Shown: positions 14,850 through 28,399, counted from the first letter of the stretch. The stretch: DNA of 64,000 nt from Lobosporangium transversale (GCF_002105155.1 NW_019028989.1:620001-684000); one strand, 5' to 3'. Notes: generated from the letters alone by a model not told the origin. Translations and numbers: made by a program.

Positions 14850-17729
14850 ATGCACAGACATGGCTGCCAGTTCATCGCACTTGCGAACCACAGTCGTAAA
14901 TTCCTCACTTGTGCATCTGCTGAATACATTATTCTCAGAACACGAACACGGATCAGTCTAGTTGGATCAAGGGCTCAATTCAGCACAAGGGTGTCACTAC
15001 GACTGTTTCAAGATCAAAGCACAGTAGCTATCACCGATTCTCATTCTTCAACAACAACCGCAGCAATAGCAGTGAAAGCCGCTGGTTTGACTTATAGGCC
15101 TGCTCTTGCTTCAAAGAGCAAATTTGTTATCAAACCATTGGCTACTGTCCGTACTCCACATCAACAAACAGAGCATCCATGGACATCACAGGAGGATGAC
15201 CTATTATTTGATCTTCGACAGCAAGGCAAAACATGGAGAGCTGTTAGTACTCAGCTCCAACGACCGATAGGATCGTGCTATTCTCGCTACTATCGCTTTC
15301 TGGACCCATTTCTAGCAGATGCAATCGAAGAGGATGATATGGACGAAGGTAGAGAACCAGATTATCAAGAATTTATGAAGAGCGCTATCGAAGCTAGTCA
15401 ACGAAATCTGGAAGCCAATGTCCCTCCAGCACGGTTAAGAAGAGCTAAGAAAGAAAAGTCGAGTGAGGCACCATTGCCATTGCCGTATTCAGTTCAAGGC
15501 CCATGGACGACTAAAGATCGAGAACGACTCGAGATGTTGGTCGTAGCTAAAACACCTTGGTCAGTCATTGCTCGGGATCTTGAACGAAACCAAGAGAGCT
15601 GCAAGGAGAAATGGCTCCGGATCCAAAAGACTCGTTTGGAGGAGAGGCGTATATCGAGACGAATTAGGGGCGATCGGTGGATGCAACTTTACAAGGAAGG
15701 ATTTACACCTTATCATCGGGATCAACTTGTTCAGGCGGTTGAGAAACAACTAAACGCCAAAAGAATTAATATAGAAGTAGGAAGAGGAGGAGGAGGCCGT
15801 TTCGACGATTATTATCCGTTATCCAGCTTACATGATCAGCAAAACAATGGCGAACCTTTTGCTATAGCGACACCGAACCAGATAGCACATTCCGGCGATT
15901 TTAATACCGGTACTTGTAACGGCCAAGTAATAACAGGAGGAGGGGGTGGGATGATAATAATCAATTGGGAAGCGGTTGCGTCTTCTCTGCACAACAAGTT
16001 TCCAGCAGATCGTCTGCAATCTATCTATCACGAGCTTGCTGCTGCAAAGCTGATATGGACTCCTGAAGAGGATGAACGACTTATGCGAGCTGTTATTCGA
16101 TTAGGGCCTCCCGAATTCCAGCCAAAAATTTGGACTATGATCAAAGATGCATTCGGAGATGTGGTCAGAACCTCTGAGGATTACAAGGCTCGATGGAGAA
16201 TCCTTGATCAGCCTCCGTTGGAGCGCGAGTGGGATGATTCTGAAAAGGTAAAATTTTGGCGACGATGGATGGAGTTACAACGCGGAGAAGAATCCTTATT
16301 GGCCACAGCGCCCTTCTCGAATACGAGCAGAAATCCTTCACTTCTTTCTCAGGCTGAGGCAATCGAAACTAAAACAGGCGAACAAAGTGAAGGAGCAGTG
16401 GTGGGGACTCCGTGGAAAGACTGGGCAATTTTGAAGGAGTCCATGTGGGACATCATTGCCGAAGGGCTAGAGTACAGACATGGGCGAGACTGTGAGCTTT
16501 ATTTTAAGCAGACCACTCTTAGGTTTCCAAAAGACCCAGAGCTGTTTCGATATTTGACACATGAAGTCGCTAAAGTTTATTTAGAACCACGCAAAGTTCA
16601 TTGGACGCCTGAGACGTCTAGGTTGCTAGTAGCTACGGTGAATACGTATCGGCAGGCCAATAAGACCATTAACTGGCGATCAGTGGCACAAATCCTTGGT
16701 GACAGATTCACCATGAAGCAATGTGAATATCGATGGGATTATTGGTCACAAAAGCAAAAACAAGTAATTGATCAACAGAACTCAGCAACACTGGACTCAA
16801 ATGGGACTGAAGGAGCAACAGAAACAGCTATGTTGAGTGCTAAGCAAGATGGTATTGATATTCAGCCCAATGAAAGCCATAATACATTAGCTGTCATAGA
16901 GGATATTGAACGGGCTAAACCTCGTTTATGGACAGATCGGGAATTGGAGCTGCTGAATCAAGGTGTGCAAGAATATGGGCACAGTTGGGCGCAGATTCGG
17001 AATACTCTCTTACCACATCGGACGACTAAAGCGCTTTATGAACGTTACTGGCGTAGTCAAGCTAAAAAGCATGGCCGGTTTACAGAACGGGAAAGAAGCC
17101 TACTGGAGACTGCAATCCAAACACTGGGAGAAGACGCAGATTGGGCTTTGATTGCAAGCCAAGTTCCAGGCAGAACCGCCAGTCAATGTCGAAAAAATTG
17201 GAAATATAGTCGGACACACCATGTTGCAAAATTGGGTGAACCTTGGACTGACCAGGATGTCGCAAGGCTTAAAGAGGCAGTACATCGGTTTGGAACTAAG
17301 AAATGGACATTGGTTTCTGAATATGTCGTAGGCAAGACGGTGAGTCAGTGTCGATATTATTGGCGCGACAAATTGGATCCGAGCGTTAACCGCAAGCCAT
17401 GGTCTGGAATGGAGCTAGATAAGCTGATGGAGCGGGTTGAAAAGATTATGGCGCGTAAGGACGAGGAGGAAAGGCTTCGGAACCAGGAATATCAGACGCG
17501 GGAGATGGAGAAGACCGATGGTAGTCTTGGTTCAAAAGATGTGAAACAGATAAACAAAAAGAAAGCGAACGAACTAGTTCATTTGGACCTTACACCGCGG
17601 TTTAAGGGCAAAAGAAAAATTGACTGGAAAGAAGTAGCTGAAGGAATGGATGGTCGCACGCCTGAACAATGCAGAGCACGCTTCAAAGCCAACCGTGAAC
17701 TCTATCGTATTCAAGAGGAAGACTATTAA
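14850..17729 (+). CDS. Intronless multi-Myb/SANT repeat protein (~10 repeats)
   Basis: Repeated W(T/S)xxED...W..IA....R...C..RW motifs, e.g. PWTSQEDDLL, IWTPEEDERL, DWALIASQVPGRTASQCRKNW, IDWKEVAEGMDGRTPEQCRARF. First ATG at 14850. Confidence 0.85.
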   Translation: MHRHGCQFIALANHSRKFLTCASAEYIILRTRTRISLVGSRAQFSTRVSLRLFQDQSTVAITDSHSSTTTAAIAVKAAGLTYRPALASKSKFVIKPLATVRTPHQQTEHPWTSQEDDLLFDLRQQGKTWRAVSTQLQRPIGSCYSRYYRFLDPFLADAIEEDDMDEGREPDYQEFMKSAIEASQRNLEANVPPARLRRAKKEKSSEAPLPLPYSVQGPWTTKDRERLEMLVVAKTPWSVIARDLERNQESCKEKWLRIQKTRLEERRISRRIRGDRWMQLYKEGFTPYHRDQLVQAVEKQLNAKRINIEVGRGGGGRFDDYYPLSSLHDQQNNGEPFAIATPNQIAHSGDFNTGTCNGQVITGGGGGMIIINWEAVASSLHNKFPADRLQSIYHELAAAKLIWTPEEDERLMRAVIRLGPPEFQPKIWTMIKDAFGDVVRTSEDYKARWRILDQPPLEREWDDSEKVKFWRRWMELQRGEESLLATAPFSNTSRNPSLLSQAEAIETKTGEQSEGAVVGTPWKDWAILKESMWDIIAEGLEYRHGRDCELYFKQTTLRFPKDPELFRYLTHEVAKVYLEPRKVHWTPETSRLLVATVNTYRQANKTINWRSVAQILGDRFTMKQCEYRWDYWSQKQKQVIDQQNSATLDSNGTEGATETAMLSAKQDGIDIQPNESHNTLAVIEDIERAKPRLWTDRELELLNQGVQEYGHSWAQIRNTLLPHRTTKALYERYWRSQAKKHGRFTERERSLLETAIQTLGEDADWALIASQVPGRTASQCRKNWKYSRTHHVAKLGEPWTDQDVARLKEAVHRFGTKKWTLVSEYVVGKTVSQCRYYWRDKLDPSVNRKPWSGMELDKLMERVEKIMARKDEEERLRNQEYQTREMEKTDGSLGSKDVKQINKKKANELVHLDLTPRFKGKRKIDWKEVAEGMDGRTPEQCRARFKANRELYRIQEEDY

Positions 17730-17926
17730 AAGTATCAATAACAAATAAAAAAAAAAAAAAAAAAAAAAAAGTGACTTTACTGTGGCTTTTGTATTTTTTT
17801 TTTTTTTTTTTTTTCCATGCTTGGTCAAAAAGTATTACTTCCAACAATCGCATTCTCCATCCCACCATCCTCTTTTTTTTTTTTTTTTTTTTTTTATATA
17901 TATATATCAACAAAAATATAGAGACG

Positions 17927-19713
17927 ATGCCAGCCGCCAAAAAAATTGTAAATCCAGAAAAGGAGCTTCGAGGAAAGAAGCCCTATAACCGTCATGGATA
18001 TGGTGGACAAAAGAAGACATACCAAGCAAAGCCCAAAAAATTGGATGAGGGCGAAGTATTTGAGAGTGCAGCGGCTTTGAAGAAAAAGCTTCGCGACACT
18101 TTGAGACTATTGAGTAAAAACCCTAAGATGCCCGCAGATATCCGACAGGAGCATGAGCGACGTGTTGAAGCCTTGAAACTGCAGATTGCAGAGAAACAAG
18201 TCAATCAAACGGAACAAAAGATGGCTACTAAGTACCGCATGCTAAAATTTTTTGGTAAGTTTAATAACAATATATATATGACTATAAAAGACAGATATTC
18301 AATGTTAATTTCTTTCTTCTATTTTTTTTTTTTTTTTTTTTTTTTTTTTGTCTTGCAGAGTCCAAGAAAGCAGACCGCAAGATCAAGGTGTTTATGCGGC
18401 AACATCCCAACTGGGAGTCAAATGAAGATGAGAAAAAGGAATTGGAATCGTTGAAACTGGATTTGGCTTATATTCAGCATTTTCCGAAAACACAGAAATA
18501 TATCTCACTTTATCCTCATGAGAATGCGGACGATCCAAAAGTGGCTAGAACCCGAGATGAGATTCGAGAGAAGATTCGCGTCGGTTTAGAATCAGGTCAT
18601 ATCCAACAGTTTATAAAGGAGGCGAGGGACGAAGCTAAGGCCAAAATCATTAACACCAAAAAAGATATGAAGATGACAACCGAAGAAGCCATTCGATTAA
18701 CGGCTGAAAAGATTAACAGCAGCAAGCAGAAGAAGCTTAGATATGATGATCATGATAGCCAGGACCCGCTTGCTGCTCGTGCGAAGGCAACTGCCGAGCG
18801 TGATGCTGCCAAATCAAAGCCACAACAACAGCAAGCCGTAGAGACGGAAGAAGAGACATTCTTTGAGACTGTACCACTCAAAGTTGTTCCTGCAGCAGAA
18901 GTGAAGACCGTAGGAACACCAACAACACCCAAAAGCAATAAGCAGCAACAGGATAATAACAATGAGCCTGCCAAGAAGAAGGCCAAGGTAGAAAAGAAGG
19001 CCAGCGCTCCAGCACATCCAAGCCAAGAGCTGTCAAGGAATGGGCAGCAATCCACGGTGAAGCACCTCGGAAAGGAGCAGCAGCAGCAGCAGAAACAGAA
19101 AGAGCAGGCTGGAAAGGAGCAACTTAAAGCGGACACAAAGAAAGAGGCTGCTGCAGGAGTTACTGCTAGTGGAGACTCACAGCCTGCTGGAGACAGTGAA
19201 GTCAAAAAATTGGGCAAGTGGGCAAGGAAAGCCATGCGTGCTCATTCTGCAGCTGCAGCAAAGGAAATTAATTCTGCTGCTGTCGAGACAACGACTACAG
19301 GACTAGAGCCTACGTTAGATGACAAAAATGTGCCCGAGAAGAAAGAGATATCTGATACAGGAAAGGCTACAGTTACAAAGGAAAGCTCATCCGAGGAGAA
19401 CATGAAGCCTACTGAGAAGAGCAAGGACAAGGAGAAGCATTTGGAGTCAGAAAAGATGACCAAAGTGAAACAAATGATGGAGGAGAAGAAAGGTAAAGAG
19501 CCAAACAATGCTGACACACCCAAGATCACAACATTGAAGATCGACCCTACTGATGACAGGGACAATGATCTATCAGAAGACAGTAGCAGTGATAATGAAC
19601 AACCTATAGCACCAATTCGGAAAGTTGTCAAGGTGGATGAGTCGTTGTTAAAGGAGTTACCTGAGGTCCCTAAACGACGTGGTGGTCGCAATTTGAACAA
19701 ATTTAAAAAGTAG
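17927..19713 (+). CDS. EFG1: rRNA-processing protein Efg1 with long charged C-terminal extension; intron 18255-18358
   Basis: LKKKLRDTLRLL...MPADIRQEHERRVEAL...MATKYRMLKFFESKKADRK...LKLDLAYIQHFPKTQKYISLYP matches the Efg1 (18S rRNA maturation) family pattern. Confidence 0.85.
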
Positions 19714-19858
19714 GATATCACAAATCTAGCATATCACCTGAATTATAATAAAGACCTTTCGAAAATATAAAAATAAAAGGCCTTACTTACTATAAGCAAA
19801 AAGTTTCCGGTTTATTATTAAGAATAATGTTGCAAGGAGAAAAAAGATAGAAAATAAA

Positions 19859-22800
19859 TCATGGCTGTTTCCCCCGTTTGATAGTTATAATGGGGCTAGA
19901 CCAACGTTCAACGTTATTAGGTCGGCCGCGGACACCCCATGGCTTAAGCGCTTTGATCACAAGACGGTATCGACCATTAGGCAAGGCTCTAGTCACATCG
20001 TTTTTCTTTTTCTTCTTGTGCTTCTTATGTCCTTTTCTTTCGCCCTTTCCTTTGCCTTTGTCTGCAATCCCATCACTTCCATGACCACTATTCTCTCTAT
20101 TCTCTCTAGCAACAGCATCATGATTTTGTAAAAGTAAGTCACCCATCCATGAGAACATCTGGATGGCGTCCTCTGAAGAGCCACTTCGTGTGACCCATGG
20201 ATTGAAGCCATTAGGAATTAGTCCCAGTATTCTGGGTAAACATCGTGGCCGCCGTCGTAGGCCCTTCCCACCATCAGCACCACGCCTTCTATCCACAACC
20301 GGTCGTGCAGAGTTAGCTTGTTCCTTTTTATTGACCTTGTATCGCCTTCGCCTGCTTTTGTATTTGTTCCTCTGCGTCTTCTCCCGGTTAAGACGCATCA
20401 CCTTCTCGACAGCAGAAGGTTGTAGCATTACACGTGAGTAGCCTTCATAAGGCATGTACAGACCACTCGGCATAAATGCCAGCTCTTGTGATCGAGCCAA
20501 GCGTTCTTTCATCAGCGCCAGCCTTATTGGATCTAAATCCAGATCAAAATTCACACTTTTATCTGAACCCCCTTTCTCTCTTGTCACATTCTTCACTCCT
20601 CCAGCATCCTTACCCAGTTTTGATATTCGACTCTTAGCTAAGACTTGGGCTTGTGCCTGAGCTACCACCTGCTCAGCTTCTCGGAGTCTCTCATCAGTCT
20701 CGATTTGGAAGGAGCCCTGTTCAGAGCCTCCAATTTCCAGTCGAATCCTGTCACCTCCACCACCAGGACCATGATCATCATCACAAACTGACTCAGCTTC
20801 GATGGTTAAGAGGGCTGTAGGGAAATTGATGGAGATTAAGATCTGGACCCAGTCTTGATTATGCTTCCCCACGACTACGCGTTCAAAGCTGTCGCGATAA
20901 AGATCTTTGATGGTATCCTTCTTAATTTTACCTTTCCCCTTGTGCTTCCCTCCAACTCCCTTTCCAAGTGGTGCAAAAGCTGCTTGATCATATCCTGACC
21001 TAAACTCAAATATGGGACCAGTTTGGCTCACAAGACTTTGAGGCTTGGTGAGGGCATGTGAGAATGTATATCGATCGAGCTTCAACGCAGGATATTTTAG
21101 TCCAGGATTTAAAATGGGGATTCCAGCCAGATAGCCATGCATTCCACCATATGAGACCATACTTGAGCCACAGATCTCACCCTTGTCTGTCCAGCATTTA
21201 AATTCTAGGAACCCACTGTAAAGCCATCGCTCCTGAATATCAAGATCATTGGGTGGTTGAATGTGGACACGGATCTTCCCGTTTGTGCCTGGGTGGAGAA
21301 CAAGCTCTTTTGGTGACATGCTCACTCCACTTGAACTGATCTCTGAGGTCCGAAGGCGTGATTGGTTCACAGGGATGTAGTTATTGCCGTCCCTTTCAAA
21401 GCCATTGATTGAAAGTGCAGGGCGATGGACCAATCGCCAAATCCTAGTTGAACTGGATAAAGCTGGGTTGGTAAATGTGATTTCATGGTCCAATTTTTGG
21501 AATTGGGTGTCATTCAGGTACAATGCAGTAGGTGTGACAATCGTTGGGGGGTCGGTTGCAAAGAGCTTTTTTAGCGACACTAGTCCTCCGCCTTGCTGGT
21601 AGACCGAAGCTAGGCCAATTGCAGAACTGGGCCGGGCTGTTGGAACGGCAGTAGACTGAAGGAGATTCAATAGGGTCAATGCATCTGTTTTACCAAATTT
21701 AGACAGGTATAGTGCTTGAATGCCTGCCATATAGGGTGACGCCATGGAAGTGCCTTGCAACGTTGCAAGTCCACCTTTGGCAAGAGGGAATGTCGAATGG
21801 ATCATGCCTCCTGGGGCTACGATATCTGGTTTATATCTCAATCGTGCATCAGGTCCCCATGATGAGAAATCTGAGACTTTGCCGCCACTAGCCAACTGTA
21901 AAATCTGATCCGTACCCGAAAAATTTACTGTAAGCTTTTTGCCCTGGCTTTTATACTTTGAACATCTCGGAGATGTCATTGCATCAAGGATTATGGTGGC
22001 ATCTTCAAATGACAATCCCGCGGCAGAGACGTTATTGCTATTCACAGTCATACTCAATGGTTGCTGCTGAGGAACAGTGTCATATACGAGCATTCCCCCT
22101 AACTTAGCTGCAACTACTAGCTTCGCTTTTTCATCAAAAGTGCAATCGCCACGGCGCAGAAGTACTACGATATGTGACATGGGTGTTTGGAGGCTTTTGG
22201 AAATCAGTGTTGGATCATAGGCATGACAGCCTTTTAGATTAGACATTGGGATATAGACCATATAGTCGATATCATTCCTGAAAGAAGTCACAGGGATATC
22301 CAAATCATTGGCAGCCATGATTATAGCAATCCTTCCCACAGAACTGCTCTCCTTGTGAGCTGAGTCTTCCGATAGCCCTGTTGTTCCATAGCCTTGTTGA
22401 TTCGTTGTTTTCCAGTAGAGATCGCCTGCGATTCCAAGGAACTGTGTATTATCGACACTTCCTACCGCAATAGCGCCCACAGCCGTGGCTGGTGCAGCGT
22501 CTTCGAAGAGCCCTAGTTCTCCATCATTACCATTTGCAATAGCTATATGTAGCCCCTTGTCAATATATGCGCTACATGCAATTGCAAAAGGTTCATCGGG
22601 CCACCCTGATGATCCACCCAGCGATAAATTCACGACGTCCATACCATCCCTATAAGCTGCCTTGAGCGCTGCAAGCAGAACATCATCGCTTACGTCTCCA
22701 CCGCACCCGAAAACCCGGTATGCGCCAAGTGTAACTAAATTATTAAAAAAAAAAAATTTACTTCATGCCCTATTTTAAACTTTTTCACAATATGCAGTGC

Positions 22801-24259
22801 ATTTTTTTTTTTTTTTTTTTTAATTACCATCTGGTGCAACGCCTACAAAACCTTGCGGCCCCAATGTGTCAGGGCCCTCATTTCGAGCAGCGACGATCCC
22901 AGCTACATGAGTCCCATGCCCTCCACAGTCCATTGGATCGTTATCAGGTTTGGGTATATCCTTTTCGGGATTACCACTATCATAGTCATCTCCTACGAAA
23001 TCGTGTCCGTACGCAACTTTGCATCCTGGACCAAAACATCCTCCTAGAGCTGGGTGTGTGTAGTCGATACCTGTATCTATGGTATTAAAGGTGCGAAGTA
23101 AGGAAGAAATGAGTTTTTTTTTTTTTTTTTTTTTTTTTTTCGTATGTGTATTCAAAGCACGCTATAGTATAAACTTAATTGTTATTATACCAATAATCCC
23201 AACTTTGATGCCTTTTCCTGTCAGGTTCAATTTTTGATGAACTGCGGTTACCCCTGTCAAAATATGGGCTGATTGCAGATGGGGCCTAACCGCCTTGAGT
23301 GGGCCTAATGGCAGTTCTCTGGGCCTCTTTCGTGTTCTCTGATAAGGAGTGCATATAAAACAAACACCAATAAAACAACGACATAGATTGAAACGGATCA
23401 ATTAAAGTGTGAATGCTTAAATGTAACGGCAATAAGAGGAGGTTTAGGCTGCTGGTGATTTACTTACCACAGGATAGATTCCAATTACTCCATCTAGCGC
23501 TGCAACATCCTCCAGCTTATCAGCCCCTCCTTCCAATCTAAACGAGATCACGTTCAACACATCATCTTCATCAATGCCAAACTCGTGCCGGATGACTACT
23601 CGGCCAGGAAGGGTTTCAAGTGCATTTAGTACTGCCGCATGCTGTGCTTTAGCTTCCTTTGTTCCTGGTGGCGCTGAAAGTCGCGCATAGTAGGTCTGGG
23701 CCGATCGTTGTTCCGATAGTGTTGCAATGTGGCTATCGTCACCTTGCTCTGGACTGAGCTCAGATGATGGCGGTGATGGTGTAGAAAGAGAGGGAGGGGA
23801 AGGATATGGTGTGAAGGCTAGAGAAGCCTTTTGCCTACTTTGCCGCTGTTCCTTCTTATCATAGCCATATGCCGCCTCACAGTTTTTATTATTCCTATTG
23901 CAGCCATTGGTGCCAATATAGGCGCCGCTTTTGTAATCTTCAAAATCATCCCCAGCAGACATGCTTTCAAGAAACGAAGGCTTGGGATTATCAGAAGACA
24001 ATGCGAGAGAATTTTGTCGATGGATTTGCTGTTGGCGCTGTCCTAATGTTTCAGTCATGGAGCTATATGGTGGCACATGGTTGGAATGTAAAGATGCCAA
24101 TCCTTCTACTGATGGGTTTGCTCCTTGCTCTTTGGCTTCCAAGGCGCAGACTGATGCGATTGAAGTGCTCTTGAATGTGTGCCAGGGTGGGACGCTGATA
24201 GTGCCTAGAATAAACATTAATGCTATATGGATACAGACTGACACAATTACGCGTCTCAT
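19859..24259 (-). CDS. Secreted subtilisin-like S8 serine protease with PA domain
   Basis: N-terminal hydrophobic signal; catalytic motifs VGIIDTG (intron-split), HGTHVAG and GTSMASP; PA domain [30 protein letters not shown]. Several introns between 22.7 and 23.5 kb. Confidence 0.93.
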
Positions 24260-24653
24260 CTTGACCTTCTTGAAAATAAAAAAATAAAACTGTTTGTGTT
24301 ATTACGATGGAAAAGGGAAATGAAAGAGTAAGCTGGAAAAAATAAGAGAACGAGAGATAAGAGTCAGTGATCCGTCTGAAAGGAGCAGTATGGGTTAATT
24401 TAGCAAACAGGAAACACGTGGGGAGAAAGGAATAAAGGAGCCTTGAGAGATATGGGAATGGAAGGGGTCAAAGAATGAACGACTGAACATGTCTATCGCA
24501 TTACTTAAGGATATGGTAGGATAAATAACGCGCATTAGAGTGGCCCATACGGTCATACAATGCAAAGTATATTAAAGTATATTGTACATGTATAAAATCT
24601 GACAAAAGCTACAAAACAATAGTGTATAGTACACCTTTCAGCACTAATAATCT

Positions 24654-27600
24654 TCACTCTTTTTTTTTCTCTGCCAAAAAGGGATGCTTTAGCGCGTTTG
24701 CGGCTGTGATCCTCCGTCTTGGATCAAGCGTCAACATCTGCTCCAGGAGATCTACTGCCAGAATAAGATCCTCTTGTGAATCAGTTCCAATAACGGGGGG
24801 TTTCTTAGATCGTGCTTTCCTCCGGAATTCTTCTGTTGCATTTTTGCCTACACTCTTGCTTTCAGTTGCAGTACATTCTGCAGCTGCAGCAAACTCATCA
24901 ATATCGACGTGGCGATCATCTTTTTCATTCTCATAGTCATCCCCATCCCCATGCTTCATATTTTGTAGTAATGCTGACGTTGAACTGCCATTATCCGCTT
25001 TCTTGTTTTTATCGCTAGCATCATTATTAGCTACATGTGGGTGAGCCATGGACGGGTTGTAGGGAGGCTGAATGGTGCTAGCGGAGCCTGTTTTAGTTCC
25101 GCGCGTAATCGTTGTAGAATGAGTGGTGCGGTTTTTAAGTCCATCATTCGGATTTAACTTGCCATTTGACACTATGCTCGATGGTTGTTGTGAATGAGCT
25201 GTATGAGTGAGTTGTCTATCATCCTTAGTGTAAGATACAGTAGGCGCCTGTTGGTGCTTTAATCCTCTAGGATCATTTGAGGTGAACATAGGGCGCTGTT
25301 GACTCTGCTGCACAAGGCTTGTTTGTGACGCTGTTATACCACTCAGAGATAGCTGTTGTGCTCTAGCAGCTCTAAGAGCTCTAGCAGCTCTAGCGGCTGA
25401 TATAGCTGCAATTTTCCGATGCGAAAATTGGGTGACATACCCCGGAGGCGGATTGAATCGAGTTGGATTCAAAACCCGGCATATTTTAAGAAGGCAAATA
25501 GGTTCATCTTTAACAGTGGGCACATTGGTAACGAAAGATCGGTCTAAAATAGGAGACCAGATAGAAGACATACTTAGCGAGATGTCTAAAGCCTCATAAA
25601 AGGTGGCCATTAAGATCACAAATGAAAAGCATACCAAATGTCGCTGCGGCTTTTTCCATTTCATGTCTTCCAAAAAGAATGGCGATTTCGAGCACAGCTT
25701 CAACATCGTCGATTGAATTGAAAAATGGGAACCTTCCTGTCAAGAAGGCTATCAGAATACATCCCACCGACCATATATCCAACGCTGTCAATAGAAACAG
25801 AAGGTTAGCTTTCGGACATTGTCCAACGGATCTGACCTAATGTATAATATCAAATAACCCTTGCATTAATTTACCAATTGTCTGATGTAAATGTCTAAAT
25901 AGCACCTCAGGTGCACGGAACCCTCTTGTCCCGGCTCGATTGACCCTTACTACTGGCCTAGAAGGAAAGTCAATGACATAAACCTTGTCTAAGTCAAGCC
26001 TTGCTTGATATGAGTTTTCATGCAGTCAGGATGGTTTGAGAGCAAAAAAATCCAGTACCTTGGGTCTTTTCGAAGTACTCCAGGCTCACGGTTCGTAGCA
26101 AGGATTGAATTCTGTGAGTTGATTGGCCCTGGCATGGGAACAGAGGTTGGTATTTTTTGCTTTGTACTGTTGATAGATGTTAACGTTTGGAATGCTGATG
26201 ACGGTGCAGAGACTGAGACATTAGACAACTCAGTGCCGGATACTTGATTGCCTGATTGGTTTGCTGGATTACTAGTAGCAACAGATGTATTTTTGACGCC
26301 TGAACCCGTTCGAATTGCTGTATCTTCAGTTTTAACATTGGAGGTTGCTAGAGAATGAGCCACATTAGTTTTCTCAGCATTGACGTCTGAGGTCCCTGTC
26401 ATAATGTTTCTTGCAACGGCTACCTGTGGTTGGATATTCGTATTTATTCTATTGTCAACTGAAACTCGGCTATCCCTGGCCGCCTTAGACTCAGGGGTAG
26501 TAGATGTATCGTTTTCCCTGGTGGGTGGATCTTCCTGCCGATGAGCCAACCCAAAATCCACGATTAAACCCGTCCTTGCCTCTGTGTCGTAAAGGAAGTT
26601 GCTTGGCTTAATATCTCTATGAATGATCCCAAATGAATGTACATGCTCAAGTCCTCTCAAGAGGGCTCGAAAATAGCAGCGAATATCATCCATTGGCAAA
26701 GTCTTGTAGTAGTCCTGGGTTTGAAGCGAGGCAAATAAAAGATGAATTTGCTGTGCATCCAAAAATGACGATATAGCCATGAATACAGAGACGAGTATTA
26801 GACATACCCGAAAATCGCGGTGTTCAAAGTAAGGTAATACTACAATGACTTGGTCCATGGAACGGAAGGCTGTGATGAGTGGTACTACATTCTTATGGCC
26901 GCTATTATCATGGAACACATAGACATTTTTTTTTAAATAAAAAAAAAAAAAAAAAAAAAAAAAGCCCTCTCCTGGCCGTTGAAAATACAAAGTCTCAGAA
27001 TTGCAGGCAATACCTGAGCTGGCGCAAAATAGATATTTCATTTTCAATCCTCCGCGGACTACTTGTGACATAGATACGCTTAATTGCAACAACTTTGCCT
27101 TCTTTGGCATTATTCGATTTTACAGCGACCTCTGGTATATCTTTGGTTTCTTCTTTCTGCTCCTCGGCCTCACCAGAGCTCCTTTGGGGATGTCTATCTA
27201 GACCATAATCCCATCCCGAGTTGTCGTACTGATCATACTCCAAGTCAATTGCTTTGTACACAGAACTGAATGTGCCTATAAGGATAAATGATAAATTGAA
27301 TTAAGCTTAAAACTAGCACCTCAAAGGGAATAAAGAATGCAGTAAAAGTTTCAGCTTTTCTGATATGCATGGTTGACCTACCCTCTCCTATCTTGTTCAG
27401 AAGTTTGAATTTTCCTTGTAAACCATTGAAGCCTCTCTCAAACTCCTCCATTTCTTTCCGAGCAAAGTCCGAAATTGCTGGACGACCATGGCCTTCCTCA
27501 CCATCTGATTCAATATCATGCACATCACCCTGATCATCCTCAGAATGGGGTCTAGCATCTTCTGAATAATGAAGCTCCGTCTCCTGATATGTGGTTCCTC

Positions 27601-28399
27601 CTTTTCTTTCTAGCTGAACTCCATCTATTTTCGCCCGTTGTTCAGCGTCTGTCTCAGTACCGTCCAATTTCGTCCACCCTACCTTGCTTTGCAAGGCATC
27701 ACTAATATTTGTTGTACTCGCACTAGCATGGTTCCATGGAGGATTTCGCGTCTTATTTGGTCGCTCAGATGTGCCTGATCCTATTGGGTCCTCAAGGACT
27801 GACTTTGGTCGCTTCTCGACTAATGGCTTCTGGAAATGAAGGTTTCTCTCCATAGAGACTCGGACGGATGGGCTACCCATGATCGGATCTCTGTTTGAAT
27901 TATTGGCTTGAGCACATTCATATCGTCGCTGTTTTTGACTAGTATCATTGGAGTGTATAGAGTTGTTGGCATGCGGTCGCTTTTTGCTGCTGAGAGGTAT
28001 TGTTACAAGTAGCCGAGGTTGGGTGTGCAATCCGTTTTCTGCACCGGATGATAAACGAGTTTCCAGCTCTACATCACCCTCCTCAAGGATCCCAACGCCG
28101 TTTGCTGCGCTCGCATGACTGGGACTTTGCGATTGAGGATCAGATAGATCCCCCATGATAGCTCGTGCAAGCGGGGGTAAATTTGATGTACTTCGCCTAA
28201 CACGTCTCATATTCATAGGTGTTGGGGAGGTCGGGTCTTGCCAGGCAGGCATTATTTTAGGGGTCCTTGGCGCTCCTGGAGCGTTTATCTGATCATCTCT
28301 TCCTGCTCTGCTTCCTCGATAAGCACCCAAAGGCCTGGACGGCGGCGTTCGAGGTGCAGGAGGGGTTCGAGGTGTCAGTGGTGGTGGTTCTCCAGTCAT
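24654..28399 (-). CDS. CDC7: Cdc7/Hsk1 (DDK catalytic) Ser/Thr kinase, multi-exon
   Basis: KIGEGTFSSVYKAID, VAIKRIYVTSSPRRIENEISIL, HRDIKPSNFL, DFGLA, NRAGTRGFRAPEVL and DIWSVGCIL, with the long kinase inserts typical of Cdc7. Confidence 0.93.

Noticed and set aside
18750..19721. Long antisense ORFs within EFG1 (and within the giant repeat gene)
   Set aside because: Explained by codon bias of the sense gene; no independent motifs.
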